This document shows, one piece after another, positions 26,359 through 39,655 of a DNA stretch of 64,000 nucleotides. A program made the position numbers and the translations under genes. Location of the stretch: NCBI GenBank assembly GCA_051362555.1, contig CM120642.1, forward strand, positions 32,612,001 through 32,676,000, written 5' to 3'. Position 1 is the first letter of the stretch, and every line of letters begins with the position of its first letter. Below the pieces are notes generated by a model that was given only the letters and a program-made list of their open reading frames with translations, searched no databases and had not been told where the DNA came from. This stretch comes from Lingula anatina. Taxonomy: Eukaryota; Animalia; Brachiopoda.

Positions 26359-26443
26359 AATTACATTTATTTATAGTACTGAATCCAAATATATATTTAA
26401 CGATAGACACCTCGTCGTTATCGATAACGATTATGCCAGGCTA

Positions 26444-29400
26444 CTATTCTTGACATATCAAAGGCCCAACTGTATGGTATCCTTCTTCTCCGCCTCCAGT
26501 GTCTCCAAATTTAAACATGGACATCGGCAGATAACTTGACTCCGTAATGTATCCTTCGTCTGACCGCCAAACGTTGTCATTTTTGTCGCAGTTACAATCT
26601 GAAAATAGCATTATCATGTATATCTCTCATATATATCTCCTTAAAATAACAAAATCCGAGCGAGAAAATTATCATCAACAAACAGAATACTACATTAAAA
26701 TGTACATTAAAACTCTATACGCTTATGTGGTTTATGAAGGTGTTATATTTTCTGTACAAAGTCTTAACTGCTATATGCACGTGCTGCAGTGTACACGTAG
26801 TATTACGTGAAACTGTGTCGTTTATAAATACGACTTAGACAAATGTGAATCTAATATCTAGACTAGCACACGCTGTTATCCACATTTATTTTGTACTTAC
26901 TATTCGTAGCCACAGAACATGACCCATCTTGTGCGCATGCGCAGTTGATAGAGGTGCCGTCTGGATCTCCTCCACCCCAAAAGGGCGCCATTTGTCCGTG
27001 TCTATCGTACCAGCCCCCGTTGCCGTTTATGAGGGAATTGTAGCATTCGTATTTTATATACTGTGAACAGCTTGTTCCGACGTAATCCACGTATGCTGCC
27101 ACTTGGTCAGTAGTCGCTGAAGTAAATAATGACATTTATTTATAGTACTGAATCCAAATATATATTTAACGATAGGCACCTCTCAATGCAAAACATCAGT
27201 TAAAGAAAAGGGGAAAATTGATATAATCATGTTGATATTAGCAAAATTCAAAGTCAGTTATTTTATTAACCGGTCTGATAATGTGGTAAGATATCATTCT
27301 AAGTCACTGAATTACCAAGAAATGACGGTTTTTAAATCTTATGATTCGTTGATGATAAGATTGTATATATGTTTAGTATGCACACCATGTACGTCTAGAA
27401 GCAAGCATTTAATGAGAATTTATTTCTCAAAGGTTTCGTCCAGGTAACATAGCTTAATGTTAAACCAAAACTTAAAATAACCCCTAGATATCAACTACAA
27501 ATGTTCTGCTGTCGACCATAACTCAGTCAATACATTTTAGTACATTTGTTGTATGGTCCGTGATATTGATCAGAGCAAAGTGATTAATATAATGACAAAC
27601 ATAAACACAGTTTTATCTTTTAACCGCATCTAAACAAGTCTACTTAACTGCTTACCTTCAACAATTTTGTACACTTCATTAGCAAAGCTCCCGCCTTCTC
27701 CGTCACTATTACAGTTATTTGAAGGTCCGTATTTATCATAGGTGTCGCCAGCAGTAGCAGTTGAAGCGCACCAGCCACCAGCCTGGACAGCAAAATATGT
27801 GTAGCCGCGAGACTTGGCCGCTAGGTAACATTTGTAGATTGGGTTGGTTCGTGTGCCCCAAGCGCCGTCCAAATTTGAGTCCGAACCTTCCAGCGTGGCA
27901 ATGGCTCTATCACCGGTATCTGTCCAGCACCCTATGCTGTGGTAATCTATAATGGGATTTGAATCTTACATAAACCTAAATGCCAGATTTTATTTAAAAT
28001 ATTGAAATTCTGTGATAGATATGTTGTCAACATGTTTTGCACAGAATACCATTTTAAAATATATTGAGCAGATGATTTTCAAATGATATGATAAGCATAT
28101 TTTTGAAGCACTTTAAATATTAAGAATTCCGTTTTTGAATACCTCATAATTCTACTCACTTCTGTATGTCACCGATATGGAGTACGAATAAGCTCCATCG
28201 TAGCCGCTGACGTGGGTCCTGTCTTCATAATCATGGTGAAAGGTTACAGTGGGTGGTGTCGTTGACATATCACAATACACCTCGAAAGCGGCCACACCTC
28301 CACCGCCATCTGGGTCAATCCAATAGAGGCCGCTAGTGCTGTTGAACCGTCTCCATTCTGTGCACGAAGGTAAAGCTGTAAACAGAAACATTCATTCTGT
28401 AAATATGGCTGGTATTGATTTGTTGTTGTTGTTGTAATGTCATCTTGGTTATTTGGTTATTGTTATTGGTATTGGGAAATAAATAAAAGAGATTAGCAAC
28501 ATAAGAAGATATATTTTTTACTCACAAATTGCACAGCAGTAAATTTTTCAAACGTCCGACAAGCAACATTAAGATAAATTCATATAATTTCAAAACTTAC
28601 ACCACATTAAATATAAAAGTTGTGACACAATAGACGATAGACCAAACACGATAGACGATTTAATTATAAAACCATTACGTAATTTGAATTATCTCACCTG
28701 GTTCACATTCTAAGGGTCCAACAGTGTAATAGCCATATTCATTGGCATCTCCAGTGTCACCAGCAAGGAATGTTTTAACCGGAAGTAAGGACTTGTCAGT
28801 AAAATACCCCTCATCTGTTCGGACCACGTTGTCGTTCTTGTTACAGTTACAATCAGTCCTGCCATCTAGTGGAAGAGTAGTGTGTTTTGTATCATACAGT
28901 AGTGAGGTGGATTGAGGCAAAGAATAAACAGACTTCGAAACGCATACATGTATTGTCAACAAATGCTAAAGTAATTAAAAACCTTCTGTATAACGATGTA
29001 TTTCCATTCCTAAACATATATATATTGTTCTGGACAATTAATGAAACACATACATGTATGTAGGCTAGGAAAAAAACAATCTGCAAAATAATAAAAATTT
29101 AAGCTAATTTTAAAACGAATTATAACGGTCAATTGTAAAATGCAACATAAAGGGCTCCATTTAACCAGTTAAATTTTAAGAAAAATAAAAACACTTCCAC
29201 TCGCTATTTTGACCTTACCAACACAGGTTCCGGCAATTCCACATGAACATTTATTGACGCTATTTCCGCCGGCCCAATAACCAATCGTTGTGCCACCTAT
29301 ATGAATGAAATGCAGTGGAATCAAAGTGAAAAAGTAAATTTCTTTTACAATACAGAATTCGATATTTGGTTTAGCAATTAAGTCACACCAAAATTACAAA

Positions 29401-31853
29401 TGGTACAGTATATTCAAGTATTGATATGTGCTCAAATAAACACTTCACCACCCCCTCTCTCTCTCTCTCCGTTCTTACTTCTATCCTGAGCATAGTTGCA
29501 GGAACCCACGCCAGAGGCTCCACTACACCGGAACTTGGCATACTGGGAGCAGGTGGCCACAGTCTCTACAAACGGCGCCATCTGACTGGAAATGTCTATG
29601 CCGTGATAGGTCAAGGTTTGGCTCCAACTTCCACAGGACTCGTATCCCTATGGCAAAATATATCACTTTAAAACAGAATCGACTCAAGATTTAAATTCCA
29701 AGAGACTACTTGATCTTGTTTTGACCGCGAAAGCCACTGTTTGTCATAGTCAAAATCGTCATGACAGTGTTGACCATAGGAATGAATCGTCTTTTTATAT
29801 AGCAGGTAATTATAGAAAAGGTAAAACAATAAGTCAAGGTTTAGCTCTGACTTCCACAGGACTTGTAGCCCTGAAATGATCAGCCACACATATTCCCCAT
29901 CTTCATGTTAGGATGCATTTGTCTATATCTATGTTATATAGAATAACATGAAAGACAAGATTTATTTCGTCGCTTTGAATATTATGGTATTAATTTATTT
30001 CTTATCGCTTATACCCTAAAATCCAAACGTAATAATAGCTAACTGACTGAGATTTGACTGGACTCGGTCTCATCTCTACTATGGTGTATTATTGTCTTCC
30101 CAGGTGGCGATGAAGTCATGTCACATTCCACCATGAAAGGTCCAACACCATCGTTGGCTCCGTCAGGGTCGATTTCAAAGTAACCGCTGTACCGGAATCC
30201 ATGCTTGTAATATTCGTAGCAGGAGCTCAAAATGGCTGAAATATTGCAGCACAAATCTGATTTATTTTATTGAATGCCCATATCATACAAGTAATCTTTA
30301 GCCTAGGATTCCTTAAACAGGTCATTTACGTTTATAGAATTTAGAAGACACATGTTACAATAAAGGAGCAGAGTCCACCTCCTTTAAAAACATTATATTG
30401 GAATAAAAAAATTAAAACTGTACAGCATGAAGGATGGGGGGGGGGGGGGAGAAGTAGTATTGCAAAAGAGGGGGGGGGGAGCATTCACAGAGAGAGGGTG
30501 TTCATTTTCTCTGGAACTCCTTGTATCCATCAGTGAAGATGGTCATCATAATATCAATAATATTGTGTCAAGGTTACATTCATTGTGATAGACATGAAAG
30601 AACATGAAAACTGAACCTTTCCAGTTTATACTTACATACACATTTGTGGGTTATCCACAAGTATTTCGTTGGTCCTACACACGGATCACCAAACACTCCA
30701 TTACTTGAAGTGACTGAGCAGCTAGTGCGCTGCTGACACAAGTTCTTGACGGCTTTTATAGTAGCTCTCTGATCTGCCCTGCAACCAATACTCTCCACTC
30801 CGTAGAACGCATCCAGAATGTCTATCCAGGTCCCAGTAGGACAGGACAGAGAGACAGAATGACCTTCATTGTACTGGCTGGTATTGGTGTAACCTGTGAT
30901 ATAAAGTGGCTTGGTTATTTATCATACTTTTCGTATCACTTAAGAATCTCTGTGATTTAGATTGTCTATGATATAAATTGTTGAGTGTAAAACCAAATTT
31001 TACTGCCCCAAGCCCTGTTGGAAATGCCCTACGTTTTTACTCAAAAGACATCATTTTCTGTATGGTAGAGTAGTATTTAAACAGACAGTTGCGGGAACCC
31101 ATTTGTGTTTACACTCACCTGACTCAATACCATATACCTCAAACCTGGCACTCATGTGATTGTACCATGTCTGGGGATTGAACCGTATATATCGGCCCAC
31201 GGCGGCAGGTTTTATATAGTTACTACGGATGGTACTGTCATCCCAGTTGGCTTGGAATATCTAAAACCAGATAAATATTATTACAGTTAATATAGTCATA
31301 ATGATTATTATTAAAATTGCGGTTATAATTAACAGTGCCAAATATAATTTTTACTCAATATTCTATACTCCTCTATTCTATTTGGCCGAACAATCATGTG
31401 TGCCTCCCAAACCAAGAATGCTAGTCCACAAGCTATATATTCAATTCTACCCTATTTTCTATGGCAGAGGCATTTTATTGGGCCGTGTTGTATTTTCGTG
31501 CTCTAGGATAATACGTATCCAAGAGTGTAAAAAGCCTTTCTCGAAGAATAACGCAAAAGAGAATTTGGAATCTCAATTTTTGTCACAATTGACAATATAC
31601 CCAGATATCACCTCGTATGCGATGTACATGCACTTAAATACAAATGTATAGATTAAAAGTGGTGTTTTTCCACTGGAACATACTATATTAAAGTCTCTTC
31701 AGTCTTTTTACCTTGCACGAGCCATCTGCCTTTGTGTAACATTCAAAATTGGACCCGTCATCTGAGAACAGCAACTTATACGTCCTCACATACTGATTTG
31801 ATGATTGTCGCCCCTGAAATTAGATTAAATGTGTGAAGGATAAAGATATACCT

Positions 31854-31896
<43 letters not shown>

Positions 31897-34800
31897 GTTC
31901 AAATTGTCCACGTTATATCTTTTCAGATTTCCCTAGTTTGGTTTATATCGGTTTATAGTTATAGCCGTGTTGAATTTTAAACAATATAGAAAGGCCATCG
32001 ATTTACAAGCAAGTGGAACAGCCAATGACATGGACAAAGCAACTGTTAGTGACCATGGATATATAGGCTTTATTCGGTTTTAGGAGGTGTTTTTTCAATG
32101 TTTTTTCAAAGTGTTTTTTCTTTTTATGTAATATATGTATTGCCCGATATTATACCAGCCCTGCAAGACACTAGATTCACTTGATGTTAACTGAGCACTG
32201 TTTGCTCTAAAGCTTATGTCATACCGATGTTGCAACTTTGGTAATATTCATCGTCTTTCCCAGGTCTATTTGGAACCATTGGTTTGTGTCCATGGTGTTA
32301 CCACACCATCCATTAGAACTACCCAGCCTTCCATAATTGATGGGACAACTACCATGTGTTGTTGATGCCGAGAGAGATGAACTGGGTATGAAGTTGCTCT
32401 GCATCCCCAGGGAACGCTCTACACCTAGAAAAAGGTAATTATATTAGAGATTAGAACTCATTTATGAAAATTAGAGTGAAAAGTAATTATATTAAGGCCA
32501 TTACACGCGGTAAGAGAGCAGCTACCGTGTGCTGAAGATTCCGAGAGGGATGAAATGGGTTTGGAGCATCGCCAGGGGACGCTTTCGACCTGTGATAGAA
32601 AAATAAGGATATATAAGCAGAATAAGCGGAATAAGATTGCAGATATACTTGTAAAAAGAAGAGAGAGAAACAGGACAAAGAGAACCGACGATAATTTCAA
32701 AACAATTTCTGGACATTCTCCGTTATAGTTCGATTCGCTAGTTACTTTTCTTCTCATAAAAATGGAAAAGGTGTTTATCGTTTCTATGATGGGATATTAT
32801 GTATAGATTCATCAGCGGATTGCACAATATTATTTTCCTTATTTATACGGTTTTGAATAAGGAGACATATTTGCCATACAATCTATAGACGTGAACTCTT
32901 TTTCACCTCGCATCGTCAGACAAATATACAGCATATCTTACGTGTGCCATTATTGCACCCATTTCCTAAACAATAATGTATAAACTGCAATCAATTAGTG
33001 TATGCGTGTGTGGATAAGTAATGTACTGTAATGTGATGTATTGGCTTCTACAATCTCACCTTCCACCCAGGAGGTACAAATCAATGGGCCTAGTGTTTCA
33101 TAGCCCATCTCATTGGCGTCATCAATATCGTTTATTCTGGTCTGCACAATGGGAAGAATATTCTTTTCCTGAAGGTACCCAGAATCATTCCTCCATACGG
33201 CATCGTTCTGTGCACAGCTGCAATCGCCTGATATAAATATAGATTATGATAATAAATAGGTTACAAGATTCTAATATTTTCCCTACTATTAAAAGCCAAG
33301 GCACAGGGAAATCATGCAAATGGTTTCAAAAAATCTCTTCCTAACTTTGTGCATGTGTTGGATGATGACGTGGACTTTCCTGATTGGTGGAAACGATCGA
33401 TAAGCCACTCGTATCGCCTGCTGCTTCTAACACACAAACTGGGGACACGCAAATGTGTATTTCACTTGCGAGTACATTGTAGGGGTGAGGCATTGTTTTA
33501 TTTAAATTTGACTGTTTCTTCACTTGGCAATACTCATATGCATCTCTATATTCCAGGAGTTTCTGATATCATATGTCTTTAGCATTAAGATAGCTGAACA
33601 TGAACACGTGTTTCTACCATCCCGCGCCAACACGTGATAAACCATGTATTACACCACATACAACTAATGTGGTTTAAAGAGGAATTTGCAGGAGTTAAGG
33701 TAAAATCTTTACCTCTTCCGTTTTCACATGCGGAATATTTCCCACACAGACACCTGGAGACAGGGGATCCTCCAGGGAAGTAAGCACCCCAATAACTGTA
33801 TACTCCAGTACGATCAGAATGTTCAGTGCCTGATCCAGGATCTACAATAGAAATTATATTTATCGTTATCATATCTAATATCAAGACATCAAAGACAACG
33901 TACAAGTTTAAACTCATATTCATCGTGAGAATAATTTAAAATATTTATAACAACATTTTTGCTAGGATTACGCACGTGGTAAAAATATCCCACAGCTAAA
34001 TTAAAATTTAGAAATCGTTTACATCGTGTTTACTTCCTAGTCCGTGACACTCTATTTGTCGGTATTGGTGACAGTGGCCGGACACATTCAATAAAGCAGT
34101 CATCTGGTCCATAGAAGCAGTAGAATACGCCAGATCTCTGTAGGTGTACCCTCCCTGACCAGGCCCAAGTTGACTGCTTCGACCTTCTATATCATGGTGG
34201 ACAATGGTCAAGGGGGGATCAAAGGTCATGTCACATTCCACCTGGAAAGGGCTCACTCCACCAGGACCGTCTACATCGATGTCATGGTACCCGCTACTCA
34301 AGCCGTCTTCCTTTAGTCTGTCGCAAGTGTAGGCTCCTGTAAAATTCTCGATTACTGTGCATTTGATTTATACTGAAGTGATGAAAATGTATTACTGTGG
34401 CATAAAAGGTTAAGCTTCCGTTCATCTCCTGTTTATTTTATTAAGAAAAATCCTACTTTAGCTTCTCACGCATTTACGCCCCTGTAATGAAAACATAAAC
34501 CTATTTAACCAACGATCAATTGGAAATCCAGCATTAAGGGGTAACATGAATGAGAAACGCCAGCCATTATAATCCTTAAAATATAGATATTGTAATAATC
34601 TATAAAGCGGGTAAGATGTCTGATACATTAAGTGACCCTGACACGTGGTATGTTTTAAATACCGAAACAAAACATGCAATTTGTCAAATTGGTATTTGCA
34701 TCAAGTCCTTGTGACAGATGTGTAGGTCAGTTAGACCAAACTGCAAAACCTGGTTCAGAGTCCCTTCATAGTAAAACGAATACAACGAAAATGTGAGTTG

Positions 34801-37360
34801 TCAATTGGCCTCAAATAGAAAGTACTAAATTAGTAATTCATGTCCGCTTTACTTTTACATTGTAAGCAAATTGCGAATGTTGATGGACAATAGTACTTTG
34901 CTTCTTACATCTTCTTTATATCTCGGGCCTCCACTATATGTACTCAGTACCTCTATGTTGTTAAAAAACATATTCTAAGCTATAATTGTCCGGTACTTAA
35001 ATTTTATGAGGCAAAAAAACATTACAATGAAATACCTCTGCTGAAAGTGGTTGCGTCCACCGTGATGGTCTTATTATTGAGCCCCAGTGGTCTATTGGTC
35101 ACCGTGGTCAACCTTAAAGTATACGTCAGGCCTGATTGAAGGCCCGGTATGGTTGTAGTGACGTTTTGAAGGTATCCGGGGTCCACCACGCTGACCACTG
35201 TGGTGTAGTTACTGTCAGCGGCCCCCTGGTGCTTGAACTCCAAAGTAACGACCTGAATGAAACCACCGCTAAACCCGGGTGCCCACGTGACCTCCAGGGA
35301 CGTAAATTGGCTGTCGTTGACGTAGACGAAAGATGGAACATGTGGAGGTCCTACATTAAAGAACCAAAAATAATGATAGTGCAACTTATTATATTTTGTT
35401 GTTATATGTCACATCACAGACATTGTTTGCGTATGTCTGTATTTGTTATATAGGGAATGGTTTGGCCAGGACAATGACTGATCAGTTTGAGCAGCCGTGA
35501 ATTCACGCAAGTGTCTTAACATATTCATGAATAAAACAGACTAAATAAAGTTTTTGGTAGGTCGTCTTACATAAAACCGAGTTTAATAAAAGACGTTTAG
35601 CACTAAAAGGCGTTTAGCTTAACCCTTATGCGAGTTACAGACGGGACGTTAAGCAATATCCAATGATTGAATCTCCTCAACGACAGGTTTGATTTATATG
35701 TTCCAAGGAGGTTGTTTGAGTTTCGTAAACATCGGGTAAGTTGTGCATAACTAGAAATGACTGGTTTAAATGTTAAAACGCCATTTATCTAACCGGATTT
35801 TTAGCTGCCCGTTACTTACAACACAATTTTAAGTGTCGTTTTGTTACTAGGAGTTTGTAGAATTTATTCACTGGTTACTTTATATGTTTTTTAACACTAG
35901 TTAACCGCCCTTTATAAAAAGGGGCACAGTATTTAATAACATTATGAGAAAAATTATTTTGCATATTTCCCTCGAAAGCCAGTCAAAGGGCTTTCAGAGG
36001 CACCGCAGTTCCCTAAGAAGTGTATATGTACATTATATGCTCCCATTTCCTGCACCGTTGTCAGAATGAAGACATCATAGACTCATGGGCGGATCCAGAG
36101 ATATTTTCTGACAGTCTTCTATATTATATTATATTATATTTATTGATCCATCCTCCATTTTTTAACTGTCTTCCAACAGAAAAAATAGATACCAGCCAAT
36201 GTAAACTTGAAAATCTGACCGTCTTCCGGAAGACCCAGAAGACGGCCTAAATCCGCCCCGCTATTAGTGCCTTTCCTCTCCTATATTACACGACCGCGCA
36301 TTTGTGACGTCAGAGTTTAGTGACTTCATTTCCGTACGTGGCCTGCATCATTTTATGTAACCAGCCTTTACTTGCGTTATATCATCTTACTTTTGGAATC
36401 AAAACTACTAATAACTCTGTAAGTACTAGACGGATATCGGTATTACTCTCTTCAAGTGTTTATAGGGCATAATAATTAGCCTTTACTGGCGTATAATTAC
36501 GTATTACGTCATTATTACGTTATCATTATTTGCCACGCTGACCAAGCCCTGACAAATCATCATTGCCATTACCCAGCAAACCTGCTGTTGAAACGTCTTT
36601 AACACGTATGACATAAGGGTCTATAAAATTAGAAATCGATTTCATCAATTCCAGTTAATGTTAAGAAAAGGAATTTTTTTTTTGATGTGTTGTTTGAGAA
36701 CTTCGCTATACTTATCGATTATCAGTTTTTCTAAGTCAGCGGCAATTTAACATGGCGGTTAATTTTTGCTGATTTTTTAGGAGGGTCTACAGTGACATAT
36801 AGACTGCAGTGTATAGCTTTACAAGTTTAAATAGAAAACTGTTCAGACAAGTGAAGTGCAACGCACCATCATTAACCTTTTGCGTGTTAGTTCCCCATTA
36901 ATGTGAAAAAGTTCATATTTTAATTAACTATCACATGAGCTCCTATCGTGACAATCAATTGTTGTAGTGAATCAATTGTTTCGGTCGCGTACTGTACACT
37001 AAAGAGGATTTCCAATATATCATGATTCGTCAATAGACCTATTCATCACACGGTTACATAACACGTCAGTGCTACATCAAATCAAACACCATGTCATTCA
37101 TTATTACTGAACCTGAGATCGAAATGTGATCGAATACCTATGCCCTATTTCAAAATAATTGACGAATGGGTTGATATTATACACATGTATTCAATTATCA
37201 TGGATCGCGTCTTCGGTCGATATTTGTTTGTGCAATGGTTGATATACCGCTTTGCTTGACTGCTCAGTTTCTGTGACCCCCGACGTTCAACTCAAAAACA
37301 TTTCAGCGTAAATATGTTCAAATTTCTCGGCTCTTCACCAAGGGTGCGCCTGACCCAAAC

Positions 37361-37428
<68 letters not shown>

Positions 37429-38383
37429 GTCGAATTATACTGTGTACATGTATGAAAGCGACTGTACTTGCAAAATATTAAAATAAGATTTTTGGTTTTT
37501 ATACTCCAGAGAAACATGGGGATGTTAATAGCCCGGTGTATTTTAGAGATTTATTTGGCTTCAGACAAGTACCTTAATATTCTTAATGGTAATTTGGGTA
37601 AAATGCACGGATGAAAATATTCCAATGTAATGAAACTCCAATAATTCCACTGAGGCATTCCAGTTAAAGGTACCTATCCAGGTGTATCGACACCTAATTC
37701 ATCGAGAAAAGAGGATTTTCCTACTCACGTGTAGTTGCTCGATCCGTGTCTTTACTGAGATTTGATTTTTTACACCATTTCTAATTATAGTATTCCTCTC
37801 TAAAATTTTGGTTACGTTTAGACCGCCTTGTTTTTTTTTACATTCTAGAAAAATATTTCGGCAACAAGTATTTTAATTTGAAAAATGCCCATGCTCCGAA
37901 TTGAGAAAAACGGAGTAGCGCTGCAGTTACGGAGCTTTGCATGAATTCTAAAAATACGGCTTTGGGGCAATTTCAAAAGCGTTTACTGTACCATAAGTTA
38001 GAGATTATTTAACTCGCACGTGAAATACGGAAAAATAGCAGCTTACCTAAGGCCGCGTCCAGATGCTCCCAGTCTTCATCCGCTACAGGTACTGTCCCAG
38101 CGTCATCGTATTTTGTTCTATCATTAATCTCGCACGTTTTACTACTGCTATGGTAGTTGACAGATGTACAGGTCGCTGAGCCGAGATGAAGACAGAGAAC
38201 GGTGCAATGCGCTTTGTCACGCACGTTGTACGTCGATGGTTGTGCGCCGCTGAAAACTCCATTTGCAAGTCTTGATCCGCTAGAGCTTTGGAAATATCCC
38301 CAATGGTATGAAATTCCACAAGTGAGATGAAATACAAAGTATAAACAAAAGACAATTCCGTACATTTGTATGAGTGCTTCCAT
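26444..38383 (-). CDS. Mosaic secreted lectin-like protein, copy 2, 17 exons including the nested WSC-like exon, ~1144 aa
   Basis: Exons: 38383-38047, 35350-35036, 34336-34034, 33841-33713, 33227-33060, 32424-32225, 31813-31712, 31260-31119, 30893-30636, 30235-30048, 29647-29479, 29296-29219, 28865-28698, 28375-28160, 27946-27656 (WSC-like), 27116-26901, 26598-26444 (GPLICQE*). Sum 3435 nt, in frame. Confidence 0.85.
27656..27946 (-). other. Symmetric phase-1/1 exon (291 nt) encoding a WSC-like module; homologues at 40778-41068 and 60161-60451
   Basis: Translates [20 protein letters not shown]...[24 protein letters not shown]...[17 protein letters not shown]. It has the WSC-like landmarks GCW.D...R, C...A..RGY.YFAVQ.G..C and GG...N.VY. 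The family label is motif-based. Confidence 0.75.
29829..29872 (-). pseudogene. Dead 5' fragment of the second fib-like-2 exon with an intact acceptor (homologue ~43109-43152)
   Basis: TTTCAG|GGC TAC AAG TCC TGT GGA AGT CAG AGC TAA ACC TTG ACT TAT translates GYKSCGSQS*TLTY, versus the functional [14 protein letters not shown]. Confidence 0.75.
31856..31895. repeat. (TAA)n microsatellite
   Basis: Read directly. Confidence 0.9.
32495..32591 (-). pseudogene. Dead 5' fragment of the first F5/8C exon (homologue ~48580-48674)
   Basis: After TCACAG it reads GRKRPLAM..[frameshift]..SSLSESSAHGSCSL. Copy 3 reads [28 protein letters not shown]. The functional exon reads [28 protein letters not shown]. 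Confidence 0.75.
37364..37424. repeat. (TA)n microsatellite
   Basis: Pure TA run; much shorter at the homologous copy-3 site (~55170). Confidence 0.95.
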
Positions 38384-39655
38384 TTCACTCTGTTTTTATT
38401 CTACAATGAGGTTTTCACTGGCACGCCGTGGCAGTGGTCGACCACAAATTTTCCGCATGTGTCAAGCACAGCACAATGTTCACCATACAAGGACCATGTT
38501 ATGTAATACACCCCGATCTTCAGTGTATGAAGAACAATACAGAGGAATCAATACATTCACCAACCGCATCCAACGATAATCGATTTCAATTATAATCAAT
38601 ATATTGGGCTACGTTTATTATATAGTAAATTTGCTCGCTTTTCTACCAGCAGTATTATAACGTACATATACACAGCATTGGTGTTTAAATTAATGTGTTT
38701 GACCATATTCTTTGTAAAAGTATAGAAATAAACACACTTTCGAAAACTCAAAATAGATTATTTCTGCAGAGGCTAGTATGTCCACGTAACAGACACGAAG
38801 CCTTAAATTGATTAATAATATTCCGTGCGGGATGTTTATCCAAATATCTTTTTCTGTCAAAATTAAAATTTGCCAGGAAGTGTATTCAATAACGTAACGA
38901 ATGAATTAAATCGATTAATAACCGGTTGTTAATGGGTGATTGACTCGTCAAAGATAATCAGGCATCTGCTCGATTTAGAAAATGTCACACATTTCACTCC
39001 TACAGGTATGCTTATTTTCTAGTGATTCTTATTTTTCCCATTCAGACCTTATAAAAACAATGAAACTCCTTCAATAAATATTTAGTTGCGTAACTAATGT
39101 AGTAAATTATTTTTCGTGCATTACATTAGGCCACGTACATTACAAAATACCGCGCCATTTTTAGTGTTATGAAATGAAACCGAGGCCATGCATGTTTATT
39201 GTTTTGACGTTAAAATGTCAGCACGGCAGATGTTGGAATTAATGACTGGCCAGTCACTTAGAAATATCTAATTTAAAATGATATTAAGAAGCGAAATCAA
39301 CTACAGGGGTAGGCAATCAATTAATAGGTCAGTGTTCTTCCCGAGGATAAGTCATTCCGAAGGGGAAATGGCATAAATATTTTCTTAAATCTAGTTCAAT
39401 TTGCTCATGAAGGCTATCCTTATTGGACATGACAGGCTAAATACATGCAAATATATACAGGTAGTTTCCGCAGTTAATCTATGATCACGGAAATGATCGT
39501 CCAATAATTCAACAGGATGTTTTAATATTCAGAATAGATACAATGTACATGTACAGGTATACCCTCCGTAAAAACTAAAAATTGAGTAAAATACCATTCC
39601 ATTTTTACACAATATTGTATAAAATAAAAAGTCCATGACGATAACGATTATGTAA

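Noticed and set aside
33341-33450. Possible extra cassette exon in the fib-like-1 intron, similar in copy 3 (~49570-49680)
   Set aside because: No convincing donor or domain motif; similarity is no higher than the surrounding duplicated intron.
38370-38579. Conserved + strand ORF repeated at 56143-56352 as a small antisense gene
   Set aside because: Its conservation is explained by the recent duplication of the 5' region, and it has no recognisable motif.
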